Of a DNA stretch of 64,000 nt, positions 11,745-24,457 are shown one piece after another (position 1 is the stretch's first letter; each line of letters starts with the position of its first letter). The translations under genes were made by a program, and so were the position numbers. The DNA is from Epithemia pelagica. Lineage: Eukaryota > Protista > Bacillariophyta. Under the pieces are notes generated by a model. The model saw only the letters and a list, made by a program, of their open reading frames with translations. It made no database searches and was not told the DNA's origin. The stretch is taken from contig OX337229.1 of assembly GCA_946965045.2 (NCBI GenBank), positions 1,674,001 through 1,738,000 of the forward strand. The letters run 5' to 3'.

Positions 11745-13225
11745 CTATACGATCGAGGACAAACGTCGATTCGACCGTCGCCTTTCCGGTGCACGGGCGG
11801 CGGCTTGGGTTTCCAAGAATTCATGGGCTTCATCTCCCGAAAGCACGATGGTATCAACGACCGTGTTGAAGGAAGAGCAGTTGAAACATTGTATTCCCAG
11901 AAAATGCCAGGCTCGTGCGTCCTCCGATTGTTCGCAATCATTGCAAGTGATATTGACGACTCGAGCCAGTTCGGGAGGCACTGGTTGAAGAGAAACTCCT
12001 GCTGCCATGGCCTCCCATGTGGGTAACATGCGTTCTCGGGTTTCAGCCGTCTTTTTGCAAATGGGACAACGACTGTCATGCGCAGCTAGCATTTTGAAAC
12101 ACTCCCAATGAATCGCATGGCCGCACGGCATTTCATGCGACGCCGAGCGCGAATCAAAAAGATTTTCTTGACACACGGGGCAGTTGGCCTTGTACTTGCC
12201 GTCTTTGCAATGATGACTATCAAACAGGGTCACGTCGATGCACATTCCACAGTCATCGCAATGTTCAAAGTTTTCCGCTCCACCTACGCGACAAAACCCA
12301 CATTTGTCACAGTGATACGGTTTCTCTGTATCGTTCATCCACAAATTACAGATTTTACAGTGGTATTCACCAAATTTGCACCCACATTCGACGCATTTGT
12401 TGCTGGCAAAATGTCAACAGAGAAAAAGGAAAGGGAAGGAAGATCGAGATATAACCGTCAGATTACAACAAACTGGTCAGAAAGTCTTTCATAGAATCAC
12501 AGACTCACGTTTTAGAAGATTGCCTTGTGTAACAGTTCCTACATATGACCTCTTGAATAGCAAACCTGTCAATGTTGTGATGAGTGTCTTCGTTTGCTTC
12601 AGGAGTGACGGTGCTGGTAAATCTCGATGGAAGGGATGCAGAGCGGTGGTACTGCCCGGCATTAGATATTTCTATGGATACCGACCAAACAGAAACAAAA
12701 AGGCTCGTGAGAACTCATTCCAACATCGTTGGCCATTGGTTTCAGGGTAGCAGATACAAGAACAAACTGGCAACACGTACTCGGGGGCAAGCAAGGCCAT
12801 TCATCGTGACATATGCGGCATCCAAAGGCTGCACCACAACAGGGCGCAATAATGGTACACTGTCGTTGGTAATGGGAGCAGCTTGGTCGTTGTTCTTCGG
12901 CGCGACGAGTCTCGGCATTCGAAATATGAAAGTCCTTGTCATAGCTATACGACACGACAGAGATATTATCATCGGCCCCGCCAGATGTACCAACGCTGCT
13001 TGTCATGCTTGTTCCAGAAAGACTGCTGCGTCGACCATCCATCAAATGTTGAATCGACCGTCGCTTCTCAATCGGGGCCAAGGAATCGTCCGCCATGATC
13101 GCTTTGATACTAGCTCGTCTCTCTCGTTCTTGATCAACCGTCATAGAATTCCGACGTCGAGCTGGATGGTGGACTTCGTAGCCCATATCCACCACCGTTG
13201 GGATGTCACTCGCTGCGGTCGCCAT
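11745..13225 (-). CDS. RCHY1: CHY/CTCHY/RING zinc-finger E3 ligase (Pirh2/RCHY1-like), multi-exon; true start may lie upstream
   Basis: Motifs CSHYQRQCTIIAPCCG...CRICHDE, YHCDKCGFCRVGG, CPVC...CGHAIH..C...CPICKK, CNDC...HFLGIQC..CSSFNT. Confidence 0.85.
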
Positions 13226-13875
13226 GGTGCAATATCCGAAGAAACACCGAAATCTAAGTCTTTCGAAAAGTGAACAACTATAGAATACTTCCCCAAATGA
13301 TCAAAAGCGCCCCGATGCCCCAAGAACCCCGAATGAAAAGACTTGAACGGTTCTATGTTCAACACGAAGCTGTCACATTCACGGTTTGTTGTTTTCCTTC
13401 CAAGGTTGTAGAACTCGATGGTAAAGGCTCTGTAGACCTCGATTGGTCGAGACGGAAAAAATTGCTGGCAGTGGACAGGGCTATATCGCCGTCACCCAAT
13501 GAAGAATCCTAATAAAAGTGCGTGGACGTCGACACTGCCGGGGGAAAGTGGGGGAATCGGACATGCATATGCTCTGGTTACTGTAGTAAGTTGTGTAGTT
13601 GTGACAGCCCAATCGATCTCCAGACTTTTGTAGGGTGTGATCCCTCTAATTAAATGGAAACGGCATAACTATCGCTATGGGGAAGTCATTAAACAGTCAT
13701 TGATCATATATGAATTTCGTTTTTGTTTCTGTTTGCGTTTTAGAACCGTACAAAAAACATAGAATCCACCCAAAAAATGAAATGACGGCGCTGACGCTGA
13801 TGGTAGCTTTCTCCCAACAAACGTAGAAGTAGAACTCTAGCTCGCTTCCTTGATCAAAGTTAACAATGTGACGGG

Positions 13876-14808
13876 CTACGTTGAACGAGGTTTTTGGATT
13901 CGAAGCATATGAATACGTCCGGGATCTTGATAAAATGGATCAAGGTACTCATTAGAAACGCGAGTGATCGATAAATGCAAGTCATCCGCTTCCGTGAAAA
14001 ATGCGGATGGATCGAACCTCTCCTCGTAGCAGATTAAAGCCACAGCGTGTGGGTGGAGTTGGAGAAGTTTGTTCAAGAGACGAGCCAATGGCACCAAAAG
14101 AAAGGATGCGTAGGGTAGGAACAGATCCGATCCAACAATAACATCAATCGTCATACCTCCGGTTCTATCTTGACCGTCGTGCAGCACCCCATCTGGCAAT
14201 TGGTCAAGCTTTGTCCAATCTAGTGGTACTGCTTGTGTGCATTGTTCAAGATTGTTCTCCTCAATGTTGCGTTGAATGAGGGGAAGATTTTCGGCCAAGT
14301 CCGACAGAATCACATGGCGAGCTTTGAGAAACTTGCCAATATACAACCCCACTGCGCCTGTTCCCGATCCCAATTCGAGGACAGTGGCCTTTTCCCATTC
14401 CATATTATTAACACCGCCATTTTGCCATGAAACAGGAAGGGGTCGCATATCCTGAAGAACGCCTGGCCGGTTAATGGAATGACACATGACGAGAGCTGCA
14501 TCCCATAGATCACTCCCTGTTGAGTTGGCTCTATGTTCGAGATGAAAAGTCAAGGATTCTTCGTCATTCTTGTTGTGGGTATTGCCCTTGTCCCCAATAC
14601 GAGTCTCTGGACGATAACACTGTCGGTACAACGTGAAGTGGCAAATGTTGCGATCCACCTGGTCTTGAAACGTAGGTATTCCCCAATTGCGACGAGGACA
14701 GCTGGAGCGCTTCCGCGTAATACCAGCTTCTCCCTGGCTGTCGTCAAAAAGAGCATCGCTTGCAGAAAGAGCCAACAATGGATTCTCTTCGCTACTGTCT
14801 CTGTCCAT
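13876..14808 (-). CDS. Protein-lysine methyltransferase (METTL21/Methyltransf_16 family)
   Basis: Motifs TGSDLWDAAL, VLELGSGTG, ILSDL, DVIVGSD. Confidence 0.85.
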   Translation of the reverse strand: MDRDSSEENPLLALSASDALFDDSQGEAGITRKRSSCPRRNWGIPTFQDQVDRNICHFTLYRQCYRPETRIGDKGNTHNKNDEESLTFHLEHRANSTGSDLWDAALVMCHSINRPGVLQDMRPLPVSWQNGGVNNMEWEKATVLELGSGTGAVGLYIGKFLKARHVILSDLAENLPLIQRNIEENNLEQCTQAVPLDWTKLDQLPDGVLHDGQDRTGGMTIDVIVGSDLFLPYASFLLVPLARLLNKLLQLHPHAVALICYEERFDPSAFFTEADDLHLSITRVSNEYLDPFYQDPGRIHMLRIQKPRST

Positions 14809-15081
14809 TGCGTCGGTGGGAGTGGGAGCGAGAGCGACAACAAGTATTTGATTCCGACGAACGTTGTCTGGGCTGACAAAATATCTGTCAGTTCACACGA
14901 CTATGCTCGTTGTCAGTTGGATCGTGACTTTGAGACGTGTGGCGCGTGTGATATTGTGATTGGATCTTCTTTGGATCTTCTTTCTTTCGCGCTATTTTGA
15001 GATTCTGTTGCTTCGTCACATTTCAACATGAGCATGGACAAAGGAAAGTAAAAGACGGAATCCTATGCCAAGAAAGCAAAA

Positions 15082-16805
15082 ATGATCACTTCCATGGACG
15101 TCACGAAATGGATACTTTGGAGTGCTGCCTTTCTCCTTTCGGTTCTTGTTCTGCTCTTTTTGTGGGTTAGACCAAAATCGATTGATCCTCGTCTTCCTGG
15201 ACCAAAGCGACATCCACTACTTGGCATCACCTTTTTTGATATGAGCGAACTCACGAATGGAATACCCTTTGACTGGGCTCATTGGCCGACCATATCTGTT
15301 GTGCTGTCCAGACTGTACAAATTTCACACATGGGGAGGTACGAGAATGAAGTCGCATCGCATGTGCGTTCTTTGTAAATGTCTGCAGTCTCATGGTGTTG
15401 TACTGCCATTTCTTGTATTGTCCCTGTCCAGGCCCGACACTGAATATTGGATTTGGTGGAGCATTCTTCAACATTGTGTCGCCTCGGTGCTTGGAATACA
15501 TTCTTCGTGACAATTTTGAAAACTACATCAAAGGCAAGCTTTCCCGGTCCTTTGTAGAGCTGATGGGGGAGGCTACCTTCAACTCTGACGGGACTCGATG
15601 GAAATTTGTACGTTCGTCTTCACCACATTTGTTTGCCTGTCGGGCTTGTGTTGAGCACATTCTCTCATTTGTTTCTGTCCTTCATTTGATACTGCACAGC
15701 ATCGTAGGATTACCGTTGGTCTTTTGAATCGAACAACCGTTGAACATGCTGCTGAAATACTAAGCGATAACTTTATCAACTAGAGAAAATCATTCGAGAT
15801 GAGCAACGCAACGAAATCTTTGATTTTCAAAAGATTGCCTTCAGTCTGTCAATGGATGTGTTTGTCAAGATCGGATTTGGTATTGATTTGAATGGTCTCG
15901 GAACCAACCGATATGCTCCGTTCATTGAGGCATTGGACGAATTGAGCCTTCATATTCATGAACGATTCAATGATCTCTTATGGGAAATGAAGCAAAAATT
16001 TGCAATTGGGAAAAGAGAGCAACGCGTCAAAAAGTTAACAACAGTGATCGACGACTTTGCGGATGAAATCATTGAAGCTGTCAAAAATACACAGAACTCC
16101 CACAACAATGCCGACGCCTCGAAATCAACCGGTGGGGACAATATTGTTTCTCGCTACCTCGCCTCCTGCCGAGACCAGAATCTCCCCAACCCAACAAACA
16201 GAGAACTTCGTGACTTAGTGATTGGGTTTGTCTTTGCTGGTCGTGATACGACCTCTGTTGCCCTCACCTGGACTCTCTACGAACTGCTCAAGAACCCCTC
16301 TGCAACTTCCAAAATACGACAAGAAGTCAAAGAGATTAGTAAAGGTTTGCCACTGACATACGAAATGATCCAAAACATGCCATTTCTCCATGCAACGATT
16401 ATGGAATCGCTCCGTTTACACCCCTCCGCTCCCGAGAGTTTTCGCTTCGCAGTGAATGACGATGTTCTCCCGGATGGCACAATAATACCTGCTGATTCCT
16501 TGATAATGTACTCTATCAACACAATCAATCACTGCGAAAATGTGTGGGATGATCCCGCATCGTTCAAACCTGAACGATTCTACGGGAAGAAGGAACCATC
16601 ACCATTTGCCTTTGCCACGTTCAATGCCGGACCTCGCGTATGTCCAGGTAGGAATCTCGCACTCGTGGAGATCAAGCTTAGTATTGCCTTCCTGCTTTCT
16701 CGTTTCGAATTTGAAGATGTGTATGGACATGACGGAAGCTATGTGTGGACAACTGTCATGGCTATGAAGGGAGGCTTCCAGGTGAGGGCAAAAGCTTTTT
16801 CCTGA
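15082..16805 (+). CDS. Cytochrome P450 (CYP86/94/704-like), multi-exon
   Basis: N-terminal TM followed by LPGP; I-helix AGRDTT; ESLR (ExxR); FKPERF; heme motif FNAGPRVCPG. Confidence 0.92.
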
Positions 16806-17967
16806 TTTGTATGTTTTTCTGCACTCTCTAGTAGCCATCAAAAGGTTATTAATATCATGGAATGTGGATGTCCAAGCATCAGGAACTTGTTACGCCAGGT
16901 CATGTGGCATTTATCGTCTACCAAAGGTTCATTTTTCCCCACTTCCTGCAAGAGATTCTGTGAAGCAACGGGGGGAACTAAGGTTCATTGCGCAAGATAT
17001 TGGTGACTTCACGCCGACCTAGAGATAAATAGGAAAGTACTACCGTCTGCAGTTAATAACAATATACAAGTGTTCACCATTCGCAGGAGTCACACGGGAC
17101 AATGCTCGGAGAACTTTGACATCGGAGCGAGTATAGAACCTTCATGACAACGAAGCCAGCGGCATAAGCATCAGTAGGCACTACTTCTACGTAATCGATC
17201 GACTGATAACAGAGACTTCCGTACCAATGTCTATCTGGCCGCAATGCTACTCCTAACATACTTCATAGAGTCAAACCGTAACACTTGTAGATTCTATTTT
17301 CTGTATTTCCTGAAATAGGCATGCAACGACTCCCAACCCCCAAAACGAATTTGAGATAATGCCTCTCTTTACTCTCTACGGTGAAGGCAATGGATGCCTC
17401 TTTAAACTAAGAATATTAAAACAAATTCTGGCTAGCTACTTGTAGGAAATGTGTTGTAGCTAGCTACGAGTAGAGGTAGTTTCTTGTATTATTGACGACG
17501 CCGACCAGACACAACGAAGACGCCAACAAGACACAAAACCTCATCACAGACAGAACCGTGAAAGACACGCGAGAGATGTATAAAAGATATGTAAACAAAT
17601 GCGAACTTTGATCAAACCGAAACATTTACACTAGGACAAAAAGTACTTCCACTTTCGAGGCTTTAGGCAAGCCACAGCCCCAACAAGCATCACGCTGTTC
17701 ACACCACAAGTTGCCCTTTCACACTCTTCGCATTTGTGCATCATTTCATTCTCCTCCGATTCGGTTTTGTGCACGAAAGACACGATTGTATTGTCAAGGC
17801 GAAGGATTTGTAATCTCTAGTTGTTGGGGATGCTTTCTTGTTCATTGTGATTCAAAAGAGAGGGCGACCCCCACGCACTTTCGCTGTTGTGTGTTGTGTA
17901 GTGCGTAGACCATTCGGATTTGTCGTATACTTTGAAATTGGTCCGCAACCCGAACCAGCACCCAACG

Positions 17968-18735
17968 ATGTCGAACCAAGACGATCACAATCACAACTTA
18001 GGTGGTGACCAAGAAGACGACCTCACAAATCTGATGAACTTCGCACAAGAGAACGATCAACGTGAATCGGATTTGTACCAACAAGCCGCGGTTCTCCAGC
18101 AGCTCTATCAACAGCAACAACAACTTGCAACGCAACAACAACAACAACAGCTCGTAGCACAGCAGCAACAACAACAACACAAAGAACAGAACGCTGTTTT
18201 GCATGCTCAGCTTAACCTAAAAGGCATTTCCCAGCCGATTCAGCAGACTTTTTCACAGAAAGCAGAGGTGACAACGAATCAGGAAAATCAAGAACCACAG
18301 TATCAACAGACCGCTACCCAAGTACCTGGCCATCTTGCCGATCAACATTCCAACATGCAGTTCCAAGTGTTGGCGAACCCTTTTGTTCTCCATCAAGGTC
18401 TTCCAAGAGATCACCGAGTAACACAGCGGCCATTCAATGGACGCGCAAACCTTAACGAGAGAGAATGCTTTTTCATTTTCGTCAAGATACTCCTCAAGCT
18501 CATGGCGAATAATCCAAGTCTAAGATCTCGAGCCAAAGCCATAATAGGCGAGTGCACCAAGAGAAATCGAATGGGAGATATTGACTATGTGCCGCTACAA
18601 GATGCAGTGGAGCGTCGGCTCAAGGGATGTATGGGGGAATCGTACTGGACAAGAGCCAAGCTGTTCTTTAACGCTTACTGCGAGAGGAATGGAATTCAAC
18701 AGCCAATATCCCTCCCTCCTATTGCTCCGGTCTAG
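17968..18735 (+). CDS. Gln-rich protein with a conserved-looking C-terminal helical domain (diatom orphan family)
   Basis: PolyQ tracts followed by FFIFVKILLK...AKAIIGECTKRNR...YWTRA. Confidence 0.7.
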   Translation: MSNQDDHNHNLGGDQEDDLTNLMNFAQENDQRESDLYQQAAVLQQLYQQQQQLATQQQQQQLVAQQQQQQHKEQNAVLHAQLNLKGISQPIQQTFSQKAEVTTNQENQEPQYQQTATQVPGHLADQHSNMQFQVLANPFVLHQGLPRDHRVTQRPFNGRANLNERECFFIFVKILLKLMANNPSLRSRAKAIIGECTKRNRMGDIDYVPLQDAVERRLKGCMGESYWTRAKLFFNAYCERNGIQQPISLPPIAPV

Positions 18736-19604
18736 AAGTCATGAGAGCATTTGGTCCCTGTTTAATTATGCACAACACCATTGTATGTGTTTGAATATAA
18801 CTCATGAATGAGCGGTCCTTACGATGAAGGCGAAAGATATGACAGAAGCCTACCAAACAGGGTTCTACAACGAAGCCTGTACAATTTCTTTTGTTGTTGC
18901 CGATCACACACAAGTTCGATCTCATCTTTCAAGCTAAGCTTAGTAACTGTATCATACCGGGAACACCTCATATTCTTATATCACGATGGTCTTAGGGTCT
19001 AGATGTGTTCGGAGGGATGTTGTGGGACGTATTTATTAAACGTGACGAACCTTTGGGTTTAGGAGTCGAAAATAGTATCCCATTGGCCATCGCGTTAAGT
19101 ATATAGCTTCAATTCAGTAACACGGACGAACAGTTCGTATCGATACGAAGGACAAGGACAGAGCAACCAGGGAAGGTCGTCCTATGGAGTTATACCAAGC
19201 CACTGTTTTTGTGTATACTTTTGACAACCCGCTGCAGCAACGTCGCCGTTGGTTTTTAGAGAAAGGAGAGAGAGGATAAAGTTGCAACAAACCTCTAACC
19301 TTACCCTTACCGAAAGACGAAAGACGCCCTATTGTAGCTCATGATGTGCATTGAATCCACACCCACTAAAGCGTGACACAACATTCCGCTAGGGGTATTA
19401 CCGGCCGAGATTCAATCGTGCACCTCGTGAATCCCGCAACAACACTGTCACCTGTCACCTGTCACTCATTTTCTACCTTATCCTTCCATAAAAACCGAAA
19501 TTGGAAACAAGAAACCACCCCAATTAAACGTGAACCTGGACGTACCATTGCGTCTTGGATAAGTCATATCGGTCAGCCAGAGAAGTGGTCAACTCGACCA
19601 GATC

Positions 19605-21296
19605 ATGTCGAAATCTCGTGGAGGAACGTCGGCTGGGTTGTTTGATGAGGATGGACCTTCTCCGAACGACTCTCCACCAATGTCTCCAGTGGTGACAATG
19701 CTGCGTTGTCCGAACTGCAATCATTTGGTTCCTGAAGCAAATATGGAGCTCCATTTGCTTCGCTCGTGTCAGGCATCAAAGCCTCGAGCCGTGCCAAATG
19801 ACAATTCGAACCGAGGACATTACAATGGTGGTTCTCGAAACAACCAATTGAGTACAGACGATCCCTCGGAAAACTTGTCAGGCGAAGAAGAAAACCATGA
19901 CAGAAAACCCGAAGCCTTACGTTCTAGTGGGAGACTTCAAAATAATCCTGTGGATCTTGTCACTCCACCACGAGCCAACAACGAAGAAAGGCGACCTTTT
20001 TCAGTCGTTCCAGCAGCTGCTGCTGCTGCGCAATCTTTCGTACCGTCCGAGTCCCATTCTGTTGTGCGCGCGAACGAAACGACTCTTGGAAGAAATGAAG
20101 TCAATTCGAATGATAATCAAGTTATTGATATATTGGATGATGATGCAGAAGAGGCGAGTGAAAGTGACCATGTCGAAGAACAGTGGGCATGTGGTATTTG
20201 CACTTTGCTCAACCCGATGACAGCCTCTCATTGTGATGCGTGTCAAACCCCCAATCCAAATCGTCCGCGGCAACCTGACCCAGTGAGACGTGAGCAGCTT
20301 GTAGAAGACGTTTATGAACATGACCGTCTGTTTCGCAATCGTGAGCGACTTGTTGAAGACATGTTTGGTCATGAGAATCATCCGTACGACCGAAACAATC
20401 TTGCCACATCAAGCTCGGCTTCCTACCTTTCAGGGGGAGCTCTCATGGGCGGAATACTTGGTGCGGCTGCGTCTTACGCTGGTGGACGACCCTTGGCCTC
20501 GGGGGCATTATCTGGTGCTATGCATGGTGCCATTGGTGGTGCTTTCTTGAATGAAATACTTCGGGACCGAATAGACGCGTCATCGCCACAACGTACAGAG
20601 TCAATGAGTTCAGTTCGCCGGACTAGAGAAGCCGCTGCGGTCTCCCAATCCGCCTCATGGGAAAGCTCCACGGACAACTTCCCACATCATCCCCGAAACC
20701 GTCGCCGTCGCCGTACCTCCCGAGACCGTAGTGATGCCTTTGATGAAGCAACCCCTCGCCGAACCGCGCGGCGCTCAACAAGAGGAAGAAGAGGCCGCGG
20801 TGGCACAGCTACAACTACAACGACTGTCATCACGACACCTGGCGGAACTCGCGTTGTGCTCAATGAAAGAGGATTGGGTGAGCACTTTGGAGCTGGGGCT
20901 TCAGACCCCTTCTTGGTGGCGATGGAGACACTCATGTCGTCGTCGCCCCAGTTTCGAACCATGCATGGGTTGGACGGAATGTCGTATGAACAATTGCTTA
21001 GTCAATTTGGAGATGGATCGGAAAACATGGGCGCAAGCGAAGGACATATTGCCTCGTTGCCTGAATCGATTGTGAGCAATGCGGAAGCTTTACCCGCCGA
21101 TTCTCGCCAGTGTTCGATATGTCTGGAAGATTTTAAGGACGGTGACACTCGCAAAATCCTGCCTTGCTTGCATGGATTTCATAAGGACTGCGTCGACAAG
21201 TGGCTCCGTCAAAATGGAGCATGTCCAATTTGTAAATTCCGAATTCAAAACACAGGCGAGCATAACGACGACGTGAACAACTCGAACACCGAGTAG
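19605..21296 (+). CDS. RING-H2 E3 ligase with RanBP2-type and N-terminal zinc fingers
   Basis: CPNC..H..C near the N-terminus; WACGICTLLNPMTASHCDAC; C-terminal CSICLEDF...LPCLHGFH..CVDKWL...CPIC. Confidence 0.9.
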   Translation: MSKSRGGTSAGLFDEDGPSPNDSPPMSPVVTMLRCPNCNHLVPEANMELHLLRSCQASKPRAVPNDNSNRGHYNGGSRNNQLSTDDPSENLSGEEENHDRKPEALRSSGRLQNNPVDLVTPPRANNEERRPFSVVPAAAAAAQSFVPSESHSVVRANETTLGRNEVNSNDNQVIDILDDDAEEASESDHVEEQWACGICTLLNPMTASHCDACQTPNPNRPRQPDPVRREQLVEDVYEHDRLFRNRERLVEDMFGHENHPYDRNNLATSSSASYLSGGALMGGILGAAASYAGGRPLASGALSGAMHGAIGGAFLNEILRDRIDASSPQRTESMSSVRRTREAAAVSQSASWESSTDNFPHHPRNRRRRRTSRDRSDAFDEATPRRTARRSTRGRRGRGGTATTTTTVITTPGGTRVVLNERGLGEHFGAGASDPFLVAMETLMSSSPQFRTMHGLDGMSYEQLLSQFGDGSENMGASEGHIASLPESIVSNAEALPADSRQCSICLEDFKDGDTRKILPCLHGFHKDCVDKWLRQNGACPICKFRIQNTGEHNDDVNNSNTE

Positions 21297-22025
21297 AACC
21301 AACCGCCGGTACGACCCGTGAGGGTGACATTTCGACAATGATTCAGTTCTTGTACAGGCCTTTAGCCTATAGAGATAACATTAGAAAAGACTATTCTCAT
21401 ATCTCGGCTACATACGGCGCAAGATGGGACGCGCTTCTCTTGGCATTCTAGAGAAAGCATGCCAAGTTGCATACTTTTTGTTCAGGTGGGCCTGAGGTTC
21501 ATTGGTGAAGGTGCAATTGAGCCACTGGATCGGTGATCGGAGACCTCAAATGCTCGAAATTCACTAGCTAGCTAGAGGAGTAGCGTGGTCACACGCCGTG
21601 ACTGAATGCTCGTACGTGTTCTGGTAGTTGGGTCCATCTTTTGCACGCGAAGTCACGCAGTCCAGTTGCGGTGCGACGTGTGACATTGAGGATGGCACGA
21701 TATTTCCTAGCGTTCTTGAGGTTCTTGACAAGTTCCTACGAATAGGGGAGAGTACGCATTCACTTGACGTCATGGTGGTGATGATGTTCGGAGGAACGAC
21801 GACCAACGAACTTGTTGGCGGAGTCTCGTGCAGTGTATGTATGCTATCAAGAGTGTATCTATGAAAGCCATTTTGATTTTCTGTTTAGGAGCTTCTGTTC
21901 TGACCAACGCCAAGGCTTGGAAAACTTTCAGTGTAGCCCCATTGACAAGAAAACGAGCGTTGAATAGAGGCCCGTCATCGTAACTGTATTTTGGACAGAT
22001 GCAGATCGACAGGAAGAATACATAT

Positions 22026-24011
22026 ATGCTCATGAGAGTGTTTCTACTCTTCGCTCTGTTCTCGAGCGATCGGAGGATTCAAGCATTCCATGTACAACGC
22101 ACTTGCTCTTCGGCTTTCTCCAAGTCACTATTTTCTCATGAACAGGGATCACTACTTGAAAGCGAAAGCGACAATTCGGCACAACGGAGTATGGACAATT
22201 CCGACGCGAGCATACAATTCAGCAAATCAAAATGGAAAAAGAAACGTTTCTTAATGATCAAGGATGTTAATGCTGCTGTACAAAAGAAACAATCACGGGC
22301 AGCCACCAAGGCAGAAGAGATGGTTCGTCGTATGTGGAGCTTGTATGAAAATACCGGTTCTGAGGAATTCCGACCAGATTTGCAGTGTTATAATCTATGG
22401 ATTCATGCAGTTGCCAAATCAACGCAAAAGCGGCATACTACCGGTAGCGGTGATGGCCTGAAGGTGGGTGAAAGGGCTGAGTTAATACTCCAGGAAATGC
22501 GAGATCGTGGGATCGAACCAAACGTGATATCATACTCAAGTGTGATGGATGCGTATGCCAACCAAGCTCGGCTAGGTGATCCCAAAGCTCCGGCTGAAGC
22601 TGAAAGAGTTTTGTTTGATTTACTGGAAAGGAGTGAATATAGTTCCAATCTACAAGCGACACCTGTTACGAGCGATACAGTTATAAATGCATGGGCGCAG
22701 CAAGGAACTTTGGAAGGTGCTAAGAAGGCCCAGGAGATATTGGAGCGTCTGGAAGCCATGTCAATAACAGCGAATGGAAAAGCTTCATCTTCCGCTAAAG
22801 CGTCTACGTCCCTTAGGCCAACAGCGCATTCCTATGCCACTGTCATTTGTGCTTGGGCCAATAGCGGTGGAGGGACTGATGCTGCTCAAAAGGCAAGTGC
22901 GATCTTGGATCGTCTGCTTCACGCAAGACAAAAATCAAATGATGACACGACTGTAAGCCCCGATACAGTCATATTTAATGCGGTCATAGCTGCTTGGGCA
23001 TCAAGTGGAGACCCTCAGTGTGGAACCAAGGCGGATGAGATTCTTCGACAAATGAATGAGCTACGCAATGATGTTCATTACGACTGTCAACCAGACGTTG
23101 TGACATACAATTCGGTCCTATCTGCGTGGTCTCGATGTGGTCATATTAATGCCGCGGTACAGGCCGAACGTATACTGAAAGAGATGATTCTGAAACGCAA
23201 AGAAGACCCCGAAGGCAATCCAGCACCGAATGTGATATCGTACAATACTGTGTTGAATGCCTGGTCTAAGAGCACCCTCGATGGTTCACAAGATCGAGCT
23301 GAGACCCTACTCAAATTCATGTCTCGCCCTGATCAAGGGGACATAGTTCCTGACTTGTACTCTTTCTCGTCTGTACTGAATGCAATCGCAAAGTCCAAGC
23401 AACCAGGAAAAGCACTCAGGGCGAAAAAACTTTTGGACTACATGCTGGACGATTCATCAGGTATTAAACACGCAGACCTCACGCCTGTCCCCTTCAACGC
23501 TGTCATTAATGCAGCGGCGTTTTCTGCAGTTGGAACGTGTGATGAAGAAAAGCGCGAAGCCTTGCAGATTGCAGTCAGCACACTGTCTCACATGAGGAAG
23601 CTCAATGTCAAAAGAGACACCATCACTTATGGAAATGCATTGAAAGCCTTTGCCAATTTAATGCCTCCGGGTAGGGCTCGATATGACATGGCGATTGAAC
23701 TTTTTACAGATTGCTGTGAAGAAGGTCTTGTGGAAGATTTAGCCTGGAATGAAGTTCAACGATGTATACCTCTGAAGTTTCTTGACGAACGGCTTCATCT
23801 GGGTCTTCATCATTATCATGGTGTTTCGTTACGAGAACTTCCCAAATCTTGGCGCCGCAACGCAAGATTCTGGTCTCGGAAACGAAGACAACAGTCGAAC
23901 TCCAGAGACTTTTCCGAAAACAGAACTCCATCCACTTCAGACGTATCTCGTTTCCTTCGCAGACAAATTGCTATATCGGAGCCATCTTATCAGTCTGGAC
24001 GAGACATGTAG
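22026..24011 (+). CDS. Pentatricopeptide-repeat (PPR) protein, probably plastid-targeted
   Basis: Repeated PxxxSYxxVxxAW helical repeats; signal peptide followed by 'AF' (IQAFHV), resembling the diatom ASAF-type leader. Confidence 0.88.
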   Translation: MLMRVFLLFALFSSDRRIQAFHVQRTCSSAFSKSLFSHEQGSLLESESDNSAQRSMDNSDASIQFSKSKWKKKRFLMIKDVNAAVQKKQSRAATKAEEMVRRMWSLYENTGSEEFRPDLQCYNLWIHAVAKSTQKRHTTGSGDGLKVGERAELILQEMRDRGIEPNVISYSSVMDAYANQARLGDPKAPAEAERVLFDLLERSEYSSNLQATPVTSDTVINAWAQQGTLEGAKKAQEILERLEAMSITANGKASSSAKASTSLRPTAHSYATVICAWANSGGGTDAAQKASAILDRLLHARQKSNDDTTVSPDTVIFNAVIAAWASSGDPQCGTKADEILRQMNELRNDVHYDCQPDVVTYNSVLSAWSRCGHINAAVQAERILKEMILKRKEDPEGNPAPNVISYNTVLNAWSKSTLDGSQDRAETLLKFMSRPDQGDIVPDLYSFSSVLNAIAKSKQPGKALRAKKLLDYMLDDSSGIKHADLTPVPFNAVINAAAFSAVGTCDEEKREALQIAVSTLSHMRKLNVKRDTITYGNALKAFANLMPPGRARYDMAIELFTDCCEEGLVEDLAWNEVQRCIPLKFLDERLHLGLHHYHGVSLRELPKSWRRNARFWSRKRRQQSNSRDFSENRTPSTSDVSRFLRRQIAISEPSYQSGRDM

Positions 24012-24457
24012 CTGGAGGTGGCTGATGGTGGAAAAGATTCGCTTTTCTTCAATCGACCAGGGTTTTCATCGGTCTTTGAGAGGCTTACATGAACAGCTGG
24101 TGCTACTTGTTTCGTCTTCTTTGATACTTCCTACTACGTATGAGCTTCCCTCAGTGGTCCAATCACACTAACAGAGCGATTAATGATACAATAGAACTAT
24201 GTCACTGCTATGAATCAATGAACTAGTTGCACAATATTTCGTTATGAGAGTGGACAATACTATCCGAAACAACTTCTCGTTCGCTGCAGCAGAGCACACT
24301 GATCCACAAAGACGACGGAGATATGCAACGTGAAATCATGGTGCAAGTATAGAGCAATATATTGAGAGGGAGACCGGTTGGTATTGAGAGGGAGACCGGT
24401 TGGTCTGCTGCCAGTAAATGAGCACGTAAACTCAGAAGAATAGAGAGCATCACCATC

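Noticed and set aside
24360-24403. 22-bp tandem duplication TATTGAGAGGGAGACCGGTTGG x2
   Set aside because: Real, but it looks like an ordinary slippage duplication downstream of a stop codon; no functional clue.
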